This document shows positions 1-9,291 of a DNA stretch of 32,000 nt, piece after piece. Position numbers and translations under genes: made by a program. Each line of letters starts with the position of its first letter. Position 1 is the first letter of the stretch. The stretch comes from Pasteurella multocida (GTDB lineage Bacteria; Pseudomonadota; Gammaproteobacteria; Enterobacterales; Pasteurellaceae), in assembly GCF_900187275.1 (NCBI RefSeq), contig NZ_LT906458.1, positions 1,680,001-1,712,000 of the forward strand, given 5' to 3'. Under the pieces are notes generated by a model. It had not been told where the DNA came from and searched no databases. It saw nothing but the letters and a program-made list of their open reading frames with translations.

Positions 1-1
1 A

Positions 2-301
2 GGTATAAACAATCCAATGTCGATTGAAGCAGCGCTTGAAATGGGCATTACAGCAGTAAAATTCTTTCCAGCCGAAGCTTCTGGTGGCGTAAGAATGATT
101 AAAGCCTTACTGGGTCCTTATGCACAATTACAAATCATGCCAACAGGGGGAATTAGTTTACATAACATTCAAGAGTATTTAGCAATCCCAAATGTTGTCG
201 CTTGTGGTGGTTCTTGGTTTGTAGAGAAAAAATTAATTCAAGAGAAAAATTGGGAAGAAATTGGACGTTTAGTTCGTGAAGTTTTAGACAAAATTAAGTA
301 A
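2..301 (+). CDS. eda: KDPG (2-dehydro-3-deoxyphosphogluconate) / KHG aldolase, C-terminal part; the 5' end lies outside the window
   Basis: The frame is open from base 2. The translation ...KFFPAEASGGVRMIKALLGPY...MPTGGIS...ACGGSWF aligns with the C-terminal third of E. coli Eda (FKFFPAEANGG, PTGGIS, GGSW). Confidence 0.85.
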   Translation, partial: GINNPMSIEAALEMGITAVKFFPAEASGGVRMIKALLGPYAQLQIMPTGGISLHNIQEYLAIPNVVACGGSWFVEKKLIQEKNWEEIGRLVREVLDKIK

Positions 302-315
302 TGACCCTATCAAAT

Positions 316-346
316 AAAAATGCGAGTAATTAACTCGCATTTTTTG
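316..346. terminator. Bidirectional rho-independent terminator shared by eda and proS
   Basis: Stem tgcgagt (321-327) pairs with actcgca (333-339) around a 5-nt loop. It is flanked by an A5 run upstream and a T6 run downstream. Confidence 0.8.
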
Positions 347-362
347 TTGTCTATTCTTCGAC

Positions 363-2078
363 TTAGCTGGCGAATTTCGCCTTTAAGACGTCTAATAATT
401 GATCTTTGGCAATCATTTCTTTTTCACCAGAACGACGATATTTATATTCAATTTCACCTTTCTCGAGATTTTTCTCACCAATCACGATCATATGTGGCAC
501 GCCGATCAATTCCATATCCGCAAACATCACACCGGGACGCTCTTTACGATCATCAAAAATCACTTCCACGCCTTGGGCAGTTAAAGTGCGGTATAATTCT
601 TCCGCAAATTGTTGCACGCTTTCCGATTTATGCATATTCATCGGCACAATCGCCACTTTGAATGGGGCAATATTGTCTGGCCAAATAATGCCACGCTCAT
701 CATGATGCTGTTCAATCGCAGCCGCAATCACACGAGTGACACCAATCCCATAACAGCCCATAATCATGGTTTGCGGGCGACCATCTTCACCTTGTACAGT
801 GGCGTTCATTGCCGCAGAATATTTGGTGCCTAATTGGAAAATATGCCCAACCTCGATACCACGTTTGATTTGTAGCACACCTTTACCATCTGGACTTGGA
901 TCGCCTTCCACTACATTACGCAAATCGGCAATGTGTGGCACAGGTAAATCACGTTCCCAGTTAATACCAAAATAATGTTTGCCATCTTGATTCGCACCGG
1001 CTGAGAAGTTATCCATATTGGCGACGGTGCGATCAATCACAATCGGCATTGGTAAATTGATTGGACCTAGCGACCCCGTCCCTGCACCAACTACTGCACG
1101 GATTTCTTCGTCTGTGGCGAATTGTAATGGGCTTGCCACAATATCGACTTTTTCCGCTTTAATTTCATTCAGTTCGTGATCACCACGTACTAACAAGGCC
1201 ACTAACTTGTGACCACTTTCTTCCGTCGCGTGGACGACTAAGGTTTTGACGGTTTTTTCAATCGGTTGATTAAATTGTTCTACCAATTCCGCAATGGTTT
1301 TTGCATTAGGCGTATCCACGACACGTAATTCTTCTGTTGCCGCACCACGTTCACCTAATGCCACCGCTTCGGCAAGTTCAATGTTTGCGGCAAAATCTGA
1401 CTCGGTGGAAAACACCACATCATCTTCACCACTTTGTGCTAACACTTGGAATTCATGAGATGCACTCCCACCAATTGAACCTGTATCCGCTTGCACTGCG
1501 CGAAAATCTAACCCTAAGCGGTTAAAAATATTCGAATAGGTTTCATACATCACATCATAAGTATTTTGCAAACACTCATGAGTAGTATGGAAAGAGTATG
1601 CATCTTTCATCACAAACTCACGCGAACGCATTACGCCGAAACGCGGACGAACTTCATCACGGAATTTGGTTTGAATATGATATAAATTCAATGGTAACTG
1701 CTTATAAGAACTCAATTCACGGCGCACTAAATCGGTAATCACTTCTTCATTGGTTGGTCCAATCACAAAATCACGCTCGCCACGATCTTTAAAACGCAAT
1801 AACTCCGGACCATACTCTTCCCAACGACCAGACTCTTGCCATAATTCTGCTGGTTGCGTGACCGCCATTTTCACTTCTAACGCACCGCTTTTATCCATTT
1901 CTTCACGGATAATCTTTTCTACTTTATTTAAGACACGCAACCCGGTCGGCAACCAAGTATAGAGCCCCGATGCTAACGGACGAATCATGCCCGCACGTAA
2001 CATTAATTGATGGCTAACAATACTCGCCTCAGCAGGCGTTTCTTTTAAGGTTGAGAATAAATATTGACTTGTACGCAT
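363..2078 (-). CDS. proS: Prolyl-tRNA synthetase
   Basis: A 571-aa ORF with a bacterial-type ProRS N-terminus ([29 protein letters not shown]), class II motifs and an internal editing-domain-sized insertion. Confidence 0.97.
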   Translation of the reverse strand: MRTSQYLFSTLKETPAEASIVSHQLMLRAGMIRPLASGLYTWLPTGLRVLNKVEKIIREEMDKSGALEVKMAVTQPAELWQESGRWEEYGPELLRFKDRGERDFVIGPTNEEVITDLVRRELSSYKQLPLNLYHIQTKFRDEVRPRFGVMRSREFVMKDAYSFHTTHECLQNTYDVMYETYSNIFNRLGLDFRAVQADTGSIGGSASHEFQVLAQSGEDDVVFSTESDFAANIELAEAVALGERGAATEELRVVDTPNAKTIAELVEQFNQPIEKTVKTLVVHATEESGHKLVALLVRGDHELNEIKAEKVDIVASPLQFATDEEIRAVVGAGTGSLGPINLPMPIVIDRTVANMDNFSAGANQDGKHYFGINWERDLPVPHIADLRNVVEGDPSPDGKGVLQIKRGIEVGHIFQLGTKYSAAMNATVQGEDGRPQTMIMGCYGIGVTRVIAAAIEQHHDERGIIWPDNIAPFKVAIVPMNMHKSESVQQFAEELYRTLTAQGVEVIFDDRKERPGVMFADMELIGVPHMIVIGEKNLEKGEIEYKYRRSGEKEMIAKDQLLDVLKAKFAS

Positions 2079-2257
2079 TGAGATACCTGTAAATGAAAAA
2101 CGGTTTATAAATCGAAAAAATTGTGGGTTAGTTTATCACTGTGTGGGGTTTGCACAAAGAGTTATACGCAAATTTGCACATAAAAATGTAGAATGAAATC
2201 GCCTGTGAATACCACTTTTTCCCCTTGGATAACTCTGTTTTCAACAGATAAAAAAGA

Positions 2258-2300
2258 GGCAATAAAAATAGGTTAAATGAAAGGTATCACTTAACCTATT
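2258..2300 (-). terminator. Rho-independent terminator downstream of xylB
   Basis: A perfect 10-bp stem, aataggttaa (2267-2276) with ttaacctatt (2291-2300). On the minus strand it is followed by a T-rich tract (tttttatt). Confidence 0.65.
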
Positions 2301-2319
2301 ACTTGATTTTACGAGACAA

Positions 2320-3789
2320 TTAATAATGTTGTTGTAAAAGTACTAAATAACGCTGATAAACTCGCTCATATTCCACCGCACTTTTTGGATTAGGTTGTAC
2401 AAGAGATGTCGTATCAAGATGCACAAAGGCGTGACATAAATCAGCTAAAGCCCCTTCACCATTCACCCACATGGCTTGGATTGCGCCACCGAGTGCAGCG
2501 GCTTCGTCTTCTTTCAAACAAACCACTTCAGTATTCATGATATCCGCAATCATTTGACGCCATACCGCACTTTTAGCTCCCCCACCAATTAAACGGATTT
2601 GTGAAGTCGATAAGCCGGCTTGACGGAATAAATCTAAGCCGTAACGTAAAGTAAAACTGGCAGCTTCCATCATCGCTCGGCATAAATTCGGTTGAGTAAA
2701 ATTGGCTGCATCCACCCCTAAAATACTCGCCTTAGCTTGTGGCAATGGCGGAACACGTTCACCATTAAAGAAAGGCAGAATGGTGATACCCTCTGCACCA
2801 ATTGGGCTTTGTTGAATAAATTCGTTAAATTTAGCCACATCAATCTGTAATAAATCCATCAGATTTTTATTGGCAGAGGTCATGTTCATCACACAAACCA
2901 AGGGTAACCAACCGTCTGTACTTGAACAGAAATTGGCAATTTCCATCGGTAAATCCGTGAGTGGTTTATCGGTATAGGCATAGAGTGTGCCTGAGGTGCC
3001 TAAACTCATCGTTACAATACCTTGCTGAATATTGCCCGTCCCAATCGCCCCCATCATATTATCGCCACCACCCGTGGACACAATAACATTTTCTGATAAG
3101 CCTAATAGGGCGGCAATTTCAGCACGTACCTGACCAATCTTTTGTTGGGCAGAACGTAATGGCGGTAAAACTTGATGTGGGTCTAATTCTGGCGCCAGTA
3201 ATTTAAACGCCTCGAGATGCCACTGACGTTGCACCACATCAAAATAACCTGTCCCTGAGGCATCACCATATTCCATACAAAAATGTCCCGTTAGCCAATA
3301 ATTCAAATAATCATGTGGGAGCATGATTTTGGCTATACGACGATATTGTTCAGGATACTGCTTTCTAAACCATAAAATTTTTGAGGCGGTATAGCCTGTT
3401 TGGGGCATGATACCTAACTGTGAGAACGCTTTTTCTTGACCGCCCAACAATCGGATAAATTCCGCATTTTCAGCCGCAGTTTCGGTATCACACCAAAGTT
3501 TTGCATTGTATAACGGTTGATCATTGTCATCTAACAGCACCAAACCATGCTGTTGCCCCGAGACTCCAATCCCTTTAATCAAGTGCGGTTCGATTTGGGC
3601 GAGTTTTATCGCTTGTTGATATGCGCTGACTAAGGCGTCCGTCCACCATTGAGGCTGTTGTTCACGGCGACCTTCACTATTTTCAATGATCGTATGCGGC
3701 GCATAGCCCACACCAATCACCTGTCTCTGCTGGCTATCTACCACGATGACTTTAGTACCTTGTGTACCACAATCAATGCCGATATACAT
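2320..3789 (-). CDS. xylB: Xylulokinase (FGGY family)
   Basis: FGGY kinase N-terminus MYIGIDCGTQGTK, located directly downstream of xylA. I place the start at the ATG at 3789, not the ORF-track start at 3828, because GGGGGAAAG lies 5-13 nt upstream and the homologous N-terminus begins there. Confidence 0.9.
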   Translation of the reverse strand: MYIGIDCGTQGTKVIVVDSQQRQVIGVGYAPHTIIENSEGRREQQPQWWTDALVSAYQQAIKLAQIEPHLIKGIGVSGQQHGLVLLDDNDQPLYNAKLWCDTETAAENAEFIRLLGGQEKAFSQLGIMPQTGYTASKILWFRKQYPEQYRRIAKIMLPHDYLNYWLTGHFCMEYGDASGTGYFDVVQRQWHLEAFKLLAPELDPHQVLPPLRSAQQKIGQVRAEIAALLGLSENVIVSTGGGDNMMGAIGTGNIQQGIVTMSLGTSGTLYAYTDKPLTDLPMEIANFCSSTDGWLPLVCVMNMTSANKNLMDLLQIDVAKFNEFIQQSPIGAEGITILPFFNGERVPPLPQAKASILGVDAANFTQPNLCRAMMEAASFTLRYGLDLFRQAGLSTSQIRLIGGGAKSAVWRQMIADIMNTEVVCLKEDEAAALGGAIQAMWVNGEGALADLCHAFVHLDTTSLVQPNPKSAVEYERVYQRYLVLLQQHY

Positions 3790-3803
3790 ATTCTTTCCCC
3801 CTA

Positions 3804-3846
3804 AAAAGTGCGGTATAAAATATAACAAAAATTATACCGCACTTTT
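3804..3846 (-). terminator. Inverted USS pair forming a 15-bp hairpin between xylA and xylB; possible intra-operon attenuator or mRNA-stabilising structure
   Basis: aaaagtgcggtataa (3804-3818) pairs perfectly with ttataccgcactttt (3832-3846). It sits between the xylA stop (3852) and the xylB start (3789), next to the xylB SD. Confidence 0.6.
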
Positions 3847-3851
3847 ATGAT

Positions 3852-5174
3852 CTATTTACTGAAAATATAGTGATTAACGAGGTTTTCCAAATACTCTTGT
3901 TGACCTGAAATAGGTTGTGGATCGAATCCCTGCACTTCTACTCGCTGAGCCAGCTCAGCTAACGAAGTTTGACCTAGTAAGATTTGTTGACCAAGTGATG
4001 ATGTCCAACCAGCATAACGTTGATTGACGACTTTTTGTAAAGCTTGCTCTTCAAGCATTTTCGCCGCACATTTTAGTGATAAGGCAAGTACATCAATCGC
4101 GCCAATATGTCCATGAAATAAATCGTAAGGATCCGTACTCTGCCGACGGATTTTAGCATCAAAATTAAAACCACCGGTTGTAAAGCCCCCTGCTTTGAGA
4201 ATTTCATATATGACCAAAGTATTTTCTTCTACGCTATTAGGGAATTGATCGGTATCCCAACCTAATTGTGGATCACCACGATTTGCATCAATAGAACCAA
4301 AAATATCTAACGCTGTAGCCATGGCGACTTCATGCTGGAAAGTGTGTCCAGCTAATGTTGCGTGATTAGCTTCAATATTCACTTTAATTTCTTTTTCTAA
4401 ACCAAACTGCTTTAAAAAGCCATAAACGGTCGCCACATCATAGTCATATTGATGTTTCGTTGGCTCTTGTGGCTTTGGTTCAATCAGCAAAGTCCCGTTA
4501 AAACCGATTTTATATTTATGCTCAACCACCATTTGCATGAAACGTCCAATTTGCTCTCGCTCCTGTTTTAAATTGGTATTTAATAACGTTTCATATCCTT
4601 CACGTCCTCCCCACAAAACATAATTTTCACCACCTAAACGCTGAGTTGCCCCCATGGCAGTAAATACTTGTGCAGCAGCCCAAGCAAAAATTTCTGGATT
4701 CGGATTTGTTGCAGCACCAGACATATAACGAGGGTGTGTAAAACAATTTGCAGTCCCCCACAACAATTTGACGCCTGTTTCTTCTTGTTTCTGCGCTAAA
4801 ACATCGATCATTGTATTAAAGTTCGACAAATATTCTTTAAATGAATGACCTTCTGGCGCAACATCAACATCATGAAAACAATAATAAGGTATGCCTAATT
4901 TACTGAAAAATTCAAAAGCGATATCTGCTTTTTGTTTTGCACCTGCTAATGAATCACTCGCCTTCTGCCAACAACGATCGAAAGAACCGACACCGAACAT
5001 ATCATTCCCTGTCCAACAGAAAGTGTGCCAATAACAGACGGCTAAACGTAAGTGTTCAGCCATCGTCTTACCTAAAATAACTTGATTAGCATCATAATGC
5101 TTATATGCAAACGGATTAGATGAAGTTACACCTTCATAATTTACTTTTTCAATTTTGTCGAAGTAAGTGGACAT
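3852..5174 (-). CDS. xylA: Xylose isomerase
   Basis: A 440-aa [26 protein letters not shown]...[10 protein letters not shown] matches E. coli XylA almost residue for residue in the N-terminal region. Confidence 0.97.
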   Translation of the reverse strand: MSTYFDKIEKVNYEGVTSSNPFAYKHYDANQVILGKTMAEHLRLAVCYWHTFCWTGNDMFGVGSFDRCWQKASDSLAGAKQKADIAFEFFSKLGIPYYCFHDVDVAPEGHSFKEYLSNFNTMIDVLAQKQEETGVKLLWGTANCFTHPRYMSGAATNPNPEIFAWAAAQVFTAMGATQRLGGENYVLWGGREGYETLLNTNLKQEREQIGRFMQMVVEHKYKIGFNGTLLIEPKPQEPTKHQYDYDVATVYGFLKQFGLEKEIKVNIEANHATLAGHTFQHEVAMATALDIFGSIDANRGDPQLGWDTDQFPNSVEENTLVIYEILKAGGFTTGGFNFDAKIRRQSTDPYDLFHGHIGAIDVLALSLKCAAKMLEEQALQKVVNQRYAGWTSSLGQQILLGQTSLAELAQRVEVQGFDPQPISGQQEYLENLVNHYIFSK

Positions 5175-5237
5175 AAATGATTTCTCCTGAACAAATAAGT
5201 TTCAGAGACATAATTTAGTAAAACAATGGGAGGATCA

Positions 5238-5349
5238 ATTACGTTATTTCACTTAACAATTAAGATTATTGGTTATTGTGGCTTATATCACAAAAAAGAA
5301 AAAACGTAATAGAAATACCAGATTTAACAATTCCAACAATCTACCTCAA
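5238..5349. repeat. Copy 1 of the duplicated xyl control segment (core 5263-5310)
   Basis: The 48-bp core agattattGgttattgtggctTatatcacaaaaaagaaaaaacgtaat is 46/48 identical to 8075-8122. The flanks (attacgttatttcact..., ...agat.t.a.aatt.ca...caatct.c.tcaa) align with lower identity. Confidence 0.85.
5277..5292. promoter_or_regulatory. Candidate CRP-cAMP site in the xylA / aminotransferase divergent region
   Basis: TGTGG-cttata-TCACA has one mismatch to the TGTGA-N6-TCACA consensus. It lies about 110 bp from both the xylA ATG (5174) and the 5389 ATG. Confidence 0.6.
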
Positions 5350-5388
5350 GTTCTAAAGTTTATATAAATCCAATATTGGAGAACATGT

Positions 5389-6579
5389 ATGACGGATAAT
5401 TTGTTTGATGTTTTTACTGATAGATCAGATTGTCATAGTGCTAAATGGGCAATTACTCGTAAATACGGCAAGGATATGATTTCAATGTCTGTTGCAGATA
5501 TGGATTTACCTGCGCCTCAAATGCTCATCAATTATTTAGCAAAACAAAATAGAACTGGAATCTATGGCTATACGGTATTACCTGATAATTACCATAATAT
5601 TGTAAGAAGATATTTACTTCGCCATTATCAGTATGAGATCGCAAATGAGTACATTATTTTTTGCCCGAGAATCATTCAAGCGATTTCTATTTATATTAAA
5701 GAGTTTACTTTTCCAACAGAAAGTATCGCTATTCTAACACCCTCATATGCACCTATTGTCAACGCTATCTTATTAAATAAACGAACAGTTGAATCTTGTG
5801 CATTAATTTATCAAGCAGGCAAATATACGATTGATTTCTCTCAATTAGAAAAATGTTTCCAAATAGCCAAAACGTTTATTTTAATCTCACCACATAATCC
5901 AACCGGTACCGTCTGGTCACATCGTGATTTACAACGAATTGCTACGTTAGCTGAAAAATATGGTGTGTTTATTTTATCTGATGATGTTCATGCTGATTTC
6001 GATTTTTCTGGTAGCAAACATATCATCATTTCGGCAATAAGCTCATATGTTGAAAAACATTCAATCATTTGTACATCGCCCGCCAAAACATTCAATATTC
6101 CCGGACTAGAAATTTCCAATTTACTTATTTGCAATAAAAATGTCAGAGATAAATTTCAAGGTCATATGCAAGCTTTAGGTATGCATAATCCAAATTTCTT
6201 TTCCATTCCAGCACTTCAGATTGCCTATCAATATTGTGACGACTGGCTTGATGAATTAAGAGATTATATTTTTCATAACAAATTGATTGTCAAAAACTTT
6301 TTCACCCAGGAGATACCACAACTAGAGATGATAAACAGTGAAGGAACTTATCTTATTTGGGTTAATTATAGCAAGCTACAGATCAGTGAAGAAAAATTGA
6401 GACATTGGTTTCTTGATTTATCCCGTATTGAGGTGTCTTGGGGAAGTGATTTCGGTAAAGAAGGTCTGTCTTTTTTTAGAATGAATGTCGCTATGCCACG
6501 TGCTTTATTAAAAGAGAGTTTGGAAAGAATGAAACAAGGTCTAGCGTTATTAATGCAAGAGGAGCTTAATCATGAATAA
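5389..6579 (+). CDS. PLP-dependent class I/II aminotransferase-fold enzyme of the MalY/PatB cystathionine beta-lyase (C-S lyase) type
   Basis: A 396-aa ORF that aligns along its whole length with E. coli MalY: DR..C.S.KW near the N-terminus, SPHNPTGTVW, and SPAKTFNIPGL containing the predicted PLP lysine. Confidence 0.85.
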   Translation: MTDNLFDVFTDRSDCHSAKWAITRKYGKDMISMSVADMDLPAPQMLINYLAKQNRTGIYGYTVLPDNYHNIVRRYLLRHYQYEIANEYIIFCPRIIQAISIYIKEFTFPTESIAILTPSYAPIVNAILLNKRTVESCALIYQAGKYTIDFSQLEKCFQIAKTFILISPHNPTGTVWSHRDLQRIATLAEKYGVFILSDDVHADFDFSGSKHIIISAISSYVEKHSIICTSPAKTFNIPGLEISNLLICNKNVRDKFQGHMQALGMHNPNFFSIPALQIAYQYCDDWLDELRDYIFHNKLIVKNFFTQEIPQLEMINSEGTYLIWVNYSKLQISEEKLRHWFLDLSRIEVSWGSDFGKEGLSFFRMNVAMPRALLKESLERMKQGLALLMQEELNHE

Positions 6580-7975
6580 TGAAATAAAAACCCCCACATT
6601 ACCACAAGCTTTATCTCCTATATTGGTTATGTTGGTTCTATTAGGTTTAGGTTATGCATTCTTTGACTTACCGCCTGAACCATTGATGGTAATTTCCTGT
6701 GTCTTTGCTGGATTTTTAGTAAAACATTTAGGGTACAATTACAGCGATATCTTAAACGCGATCGCAGCTAAAATAGCTAAAACAATGCCCGCATTGTTAA
6801 TTTTAATTACTGTTGGATTATTAATCGGTACTTGGATTGCTGGCGGTACAATCCCTATGATGATTTATTACGGTTTAAAAATTATCGACCCTCAATTCTT
6901 ATATATCACCGCACTTGTTTTAACCTCTATTGTATCTGTTTGTACTGGTACATCTTGGGGATCGGCTGGCACTGTTGGTGTTGCCTTTATGGGCGTGGCA
7001 ATCGGATTAGATGCGAATTTAGCAGCAACGGCAGGTGCAGTCGTTGCGGGTGCATATTTTGGAGATAAATTATCGCCATTATCCGATACAACAAACATTG
7101 CTTCAGCTGCAACGGGTGTTGATCTTTATGAACATATCGCTCATTTGCTTTATACCACGCTACCTTCTTTCATACTGTCAGCGATCATTTATGTTATTTA
7201 CGGTATGAGCGGTAATTTTCATGATGTTGCAACACCAGAAAAGGTGTTAGCGATGCTTGCAGGATTAGAACAGATTTACCATTTTAATGTCATTTTGTTA
7301 ATTATTCCTGTCATCATTATTCTATGGGGATCCATTACTAAAAAACCAACAATTCCTGTAATGCTGCTTTCAGCCGCTATTGCAATATTAAATGCATTAG
7401 TTATTCAAGGCTTTTCATTACATGATGTGGTCAATAGTGCAGTTAACGGTTTTAATGTTTCAATGATCAAAAGTGACATACCAATTAGTGCTGATTTAGC
7501 TCGACTCCTCAATCGAGGCGGAATGAATTCTATGATGGGAACGTTATTAATCTGTTTCTGTGCATTATCTTTTGCGGGTATTTTGTCACTGAGCGGCGCG
7601 TTAGACGTGATCATCAACTATTTGCTTAAACTAGTAAAATCAACAGCATCTTTAATCTTTGCGACTATCCTTTGCGGATTAACAATGATTGGGGTGACAT
7701 GTAATGGACAAATTTCTATCTTAATTCCAGGCGAAATGTTAAAAGAGGCTTACACTGAACGCGGATTACATCCTAAAAACCTCAGTCGAACCGTTGAAGA
7801 CTCTGCTACAGTCATTGAGCCGATCCTACCTTGGACAGCCGCGGGGGCATATATGGCAGGTACACTCGGTGTAGCCACACTCTCTTATCTACCTTGGGCT
7901 GTATTATGTTGGAGTGGTATTGTCTTTGCGATGTTATGGGGAATGACTGGATTTGGTATTGCAAAATTAAAATAA
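6572..7975 (+). CDS. NhaC-family (Na+/H+ antiporter-like) membrane transporter
   Basis: A 467-aa polytopic hydrophobic ORF with NhaC-family motifs (GTSWGSAGTVGVAFMG, YFGDKLSPLSDTTN). Its ATG overlaps the upstream stop (ATGAATAA), suggesting translational coupling. Confidence 0.85.
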   Translation: MNNEIKTPTLPQALSPILVMLVLLGLGYAFFDLPPEPLMVISCVFAGFLVKHLGYNYSDILNAIAAKIAKTMPALLILITVGLLIGTWIAGGTIPMMIYYGLKIIDPQFLYITALVLTSIVSVCTGTSWGSAGTVGVAFMGVAIGLDANLAATAGAVVAGAYFGDKLSPLSDTTNIASAATGVDLYEHIAHLLYTTLPSFILSAIIYVIYGMSGNFHDVATPEKVLAMLAGLEQIYHFNVILLIIPVIIILWGSITKKPTIPVMLLSAAIAILNALVIQGFSLHDVVNSAVNGFNVSMIKSDIPISADLARLLNRGGMNSMMGTLLICFCALSFAGILSLSGALDVIINYLLKLVKSTASLIFATILCGLTMIGVTCNGQISILIPGEMLKEAYTERGLHPKNLSRTVEDSATVIEPILPWTAAGAYMAGTLGVATLSYLPWAVLCWSGIVFAMLWGMTGFGIAKLK

Positions 7976-7999
7976 GTCCTCTTTTTTAGGAGGAATGAT

Positions 8000-8034
8000 A
8001 TCACCGTTCATAGCGTTGAACGGTGATTTTTTTA
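8000..8034 (+). terminator. Strong rho-independent terminator after the NhaC-family gene
   Basis: An 11-bp perfect stem, atcaccgttca (8000-8010) with tgaacggtgat (8017-8027), followed by T7. Confidence 0.85.
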
Positions 8035-8049
8035 TTGCTAATAAAAGAC

Positions 8050-8168
8050 ATTATGTTACTTCACTCCGGATTTTAGATTATTCGTTATTGTGGCTCATAT
8101 CACAAAAAAGAAAAAACGTAATGCTATTACAAGATCTGATAATTGCACTTCATTTGCAATCTGCTCAA
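8050..8168. repeat. Copy 2 of the duplicated xyl control segment (core 8075-8122)
   Basis: See copy 1. This copy starts about 15 bp after the cassette terminator and ends about 65 bp before the xylF start. Confidence 0.85.
8089..8104. promoter_or_regulatory. Candidate CRP-cAMP site upstream of xylFGH
   Basis: TGTGG-ctcata-TCACA, the paralogous copy of the 5277-5292 site. Its centre is about 135 bp upstream of the xylF ATG. Confidence 0.6.
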
Positions 8169-8231
8169 ACTGGACATGAGTCAACAACGACGACTCAAAA
8201 TATCACTCATTTAACGACTTTGAGGTGGCTT

Positions 8232-9230
8232 ATGAAAATGAAATCCACATTATTAGCGATTGCTGCTGCATTAATGTTCTTAAACAATACTGTGTTGGCA
8301 AAAGATTTAAAAATCGGAATGTCTATTGATGATTTACGTTTAGAACGTTGGCAAAAAGATCGTGATATTTTTGTAAAAAAAGCCGAAGAATTAGGGGCAA
8401 AAGTCTTTGTACAATCTGCTAATGGTGATGCAGCTGCACAAATTTCTCAAATTGAAAATATGCTCAATAAGGATATTGATGTACTCGTAATTATTCCATT
8501 TAATGGCGAAGTATTGGGTAACGTTATATCAGAAGCGAAGAAAGAAGGCGTGAAAGTATTAGCTTATGATCGGTTAATTAATAATGCCGACATTGATTTC
8601 TATGTTTCTTTTGATAACGAAAAAGTCGGTGAGTTACAAGCACAAAGTATTATTGAGAAAAAACCCGAAGGGAACTATTTCTTAATGGGAGGCTCACCAG
8701 TGGATAATAATGCGAAATTATTCCGAAAAGGGCAAATGAAAATATTACAACCACATATTGATAGCGGCAAAGTTAAAGTAGTAGGCGATCAATGGGTTGA
8801 TTCTTGGTTAGCAGAAAAAGCCTTACAAATTATGGAAAATGCTCTGACGGCTAATAAAAATAACATTGACGCAGTCGTTGCATCAAATGATGCGACTGCT
8901 GGCGGGGCAATCCAAGCACTAAGTGCTCAAGGATTAGCAGGTAAAGTTGCAATTTCTGGACAGGATGCTGATTTAGCGGCAATTAAACGCATTATTGACG
9001 GTTCACAAACCATGACGGTTTACAAACCGATTACCAAGTTGGCAAATAAAGCTGCCGAAATTGCCGTCCAATTAGGTAAAGAACAAAAAATCGAGTCCAA
9101 TTCAGCACTTAATAATGGCATAAAAGAAGTCCCTAGTTACTTGTTAGAGCCAGTTATCGTCACAAAAGATAATATTGATGACACCGTCATCAAAGATGGT
9201 TTTCATAGTAAAACCGCAATTTATAAATAA
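8232..9230 (+). CDS. xylF: D-xylose ABC transporter periplasmic binding protein
   Basis: KIGMSIDDLRLERWQKDRDIFVKKAEELGAKVFVQSANG is near-identical to E. coli XylF. I place the start at ATG 8232 (MKMKSTLLAIAAALMF signal peptide, GAGGTGG SD at 8222-8228). The 411-aa ORF-track extension from 7995 runs through the terminator and promoter and is not credible. Confidence 0.93.
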   Translation: MKMKSTLLAIAAALMFLNNTVLAKDLKIGMSIDDLRLERWQKDRDIFVKKAEELGAKVFVQSANGDAAAQISQIENMLNKDIDVLVIIPFNGEVLGNVISEAKKEGVKVLAYDRLINNADIDFYVSFDNEKVGELQAQSIIEKKPEGNYFLMGGSPVDNNAKLFRKGQMKILQPHIDSGKVKVVGDQWVDSWLAEKALQIMENALTANKNNIDAVVASNDATAGGAIQALSAQGLAGKVAISGQDADLAAIKRIIDGSQTMTVYKPITKLANKAAEIAVQLGKEQKIESNSALNNGIKEVPSYLLEPVIVTKDNIDDTVIKDGFHSKTAIYK

Positions 9231-9291
9231 TTCTTTCGACTCAAACAAGGTGGTAGATTATTTCTACCATCTTTTTAAGGAAAAATAGATT

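Noticed and set aside
320-1962. Plus-strand ORFs of 61-113 aa (320-661, 399-584, 406-705, 609-833, 766-975, 1337-1525, 1750-1962)
   Set aside because: All lie antisense within the well-supported proS gene. Their translations are low-complexity or unrecognisable, and none has an SD. They are shadow ORFs.
6832-7617. Small ORFs inside or antisense to the NhaC-family gene (6832-7068 +, 6892-7098 -, 7405-7617 -)
   Set aside because: They are out of frame with or antisense to a confident membrane-protein gene. Their composition reflects the codon bias of the host gene.
7995-8231. 79-codon N-terminal extension of xylF
   Set aside because: It spans the cassette terminator and the duplicated promoter segment. 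The signal peptide and homology to XylF begin at 8232, preceded by GAGGTGG.
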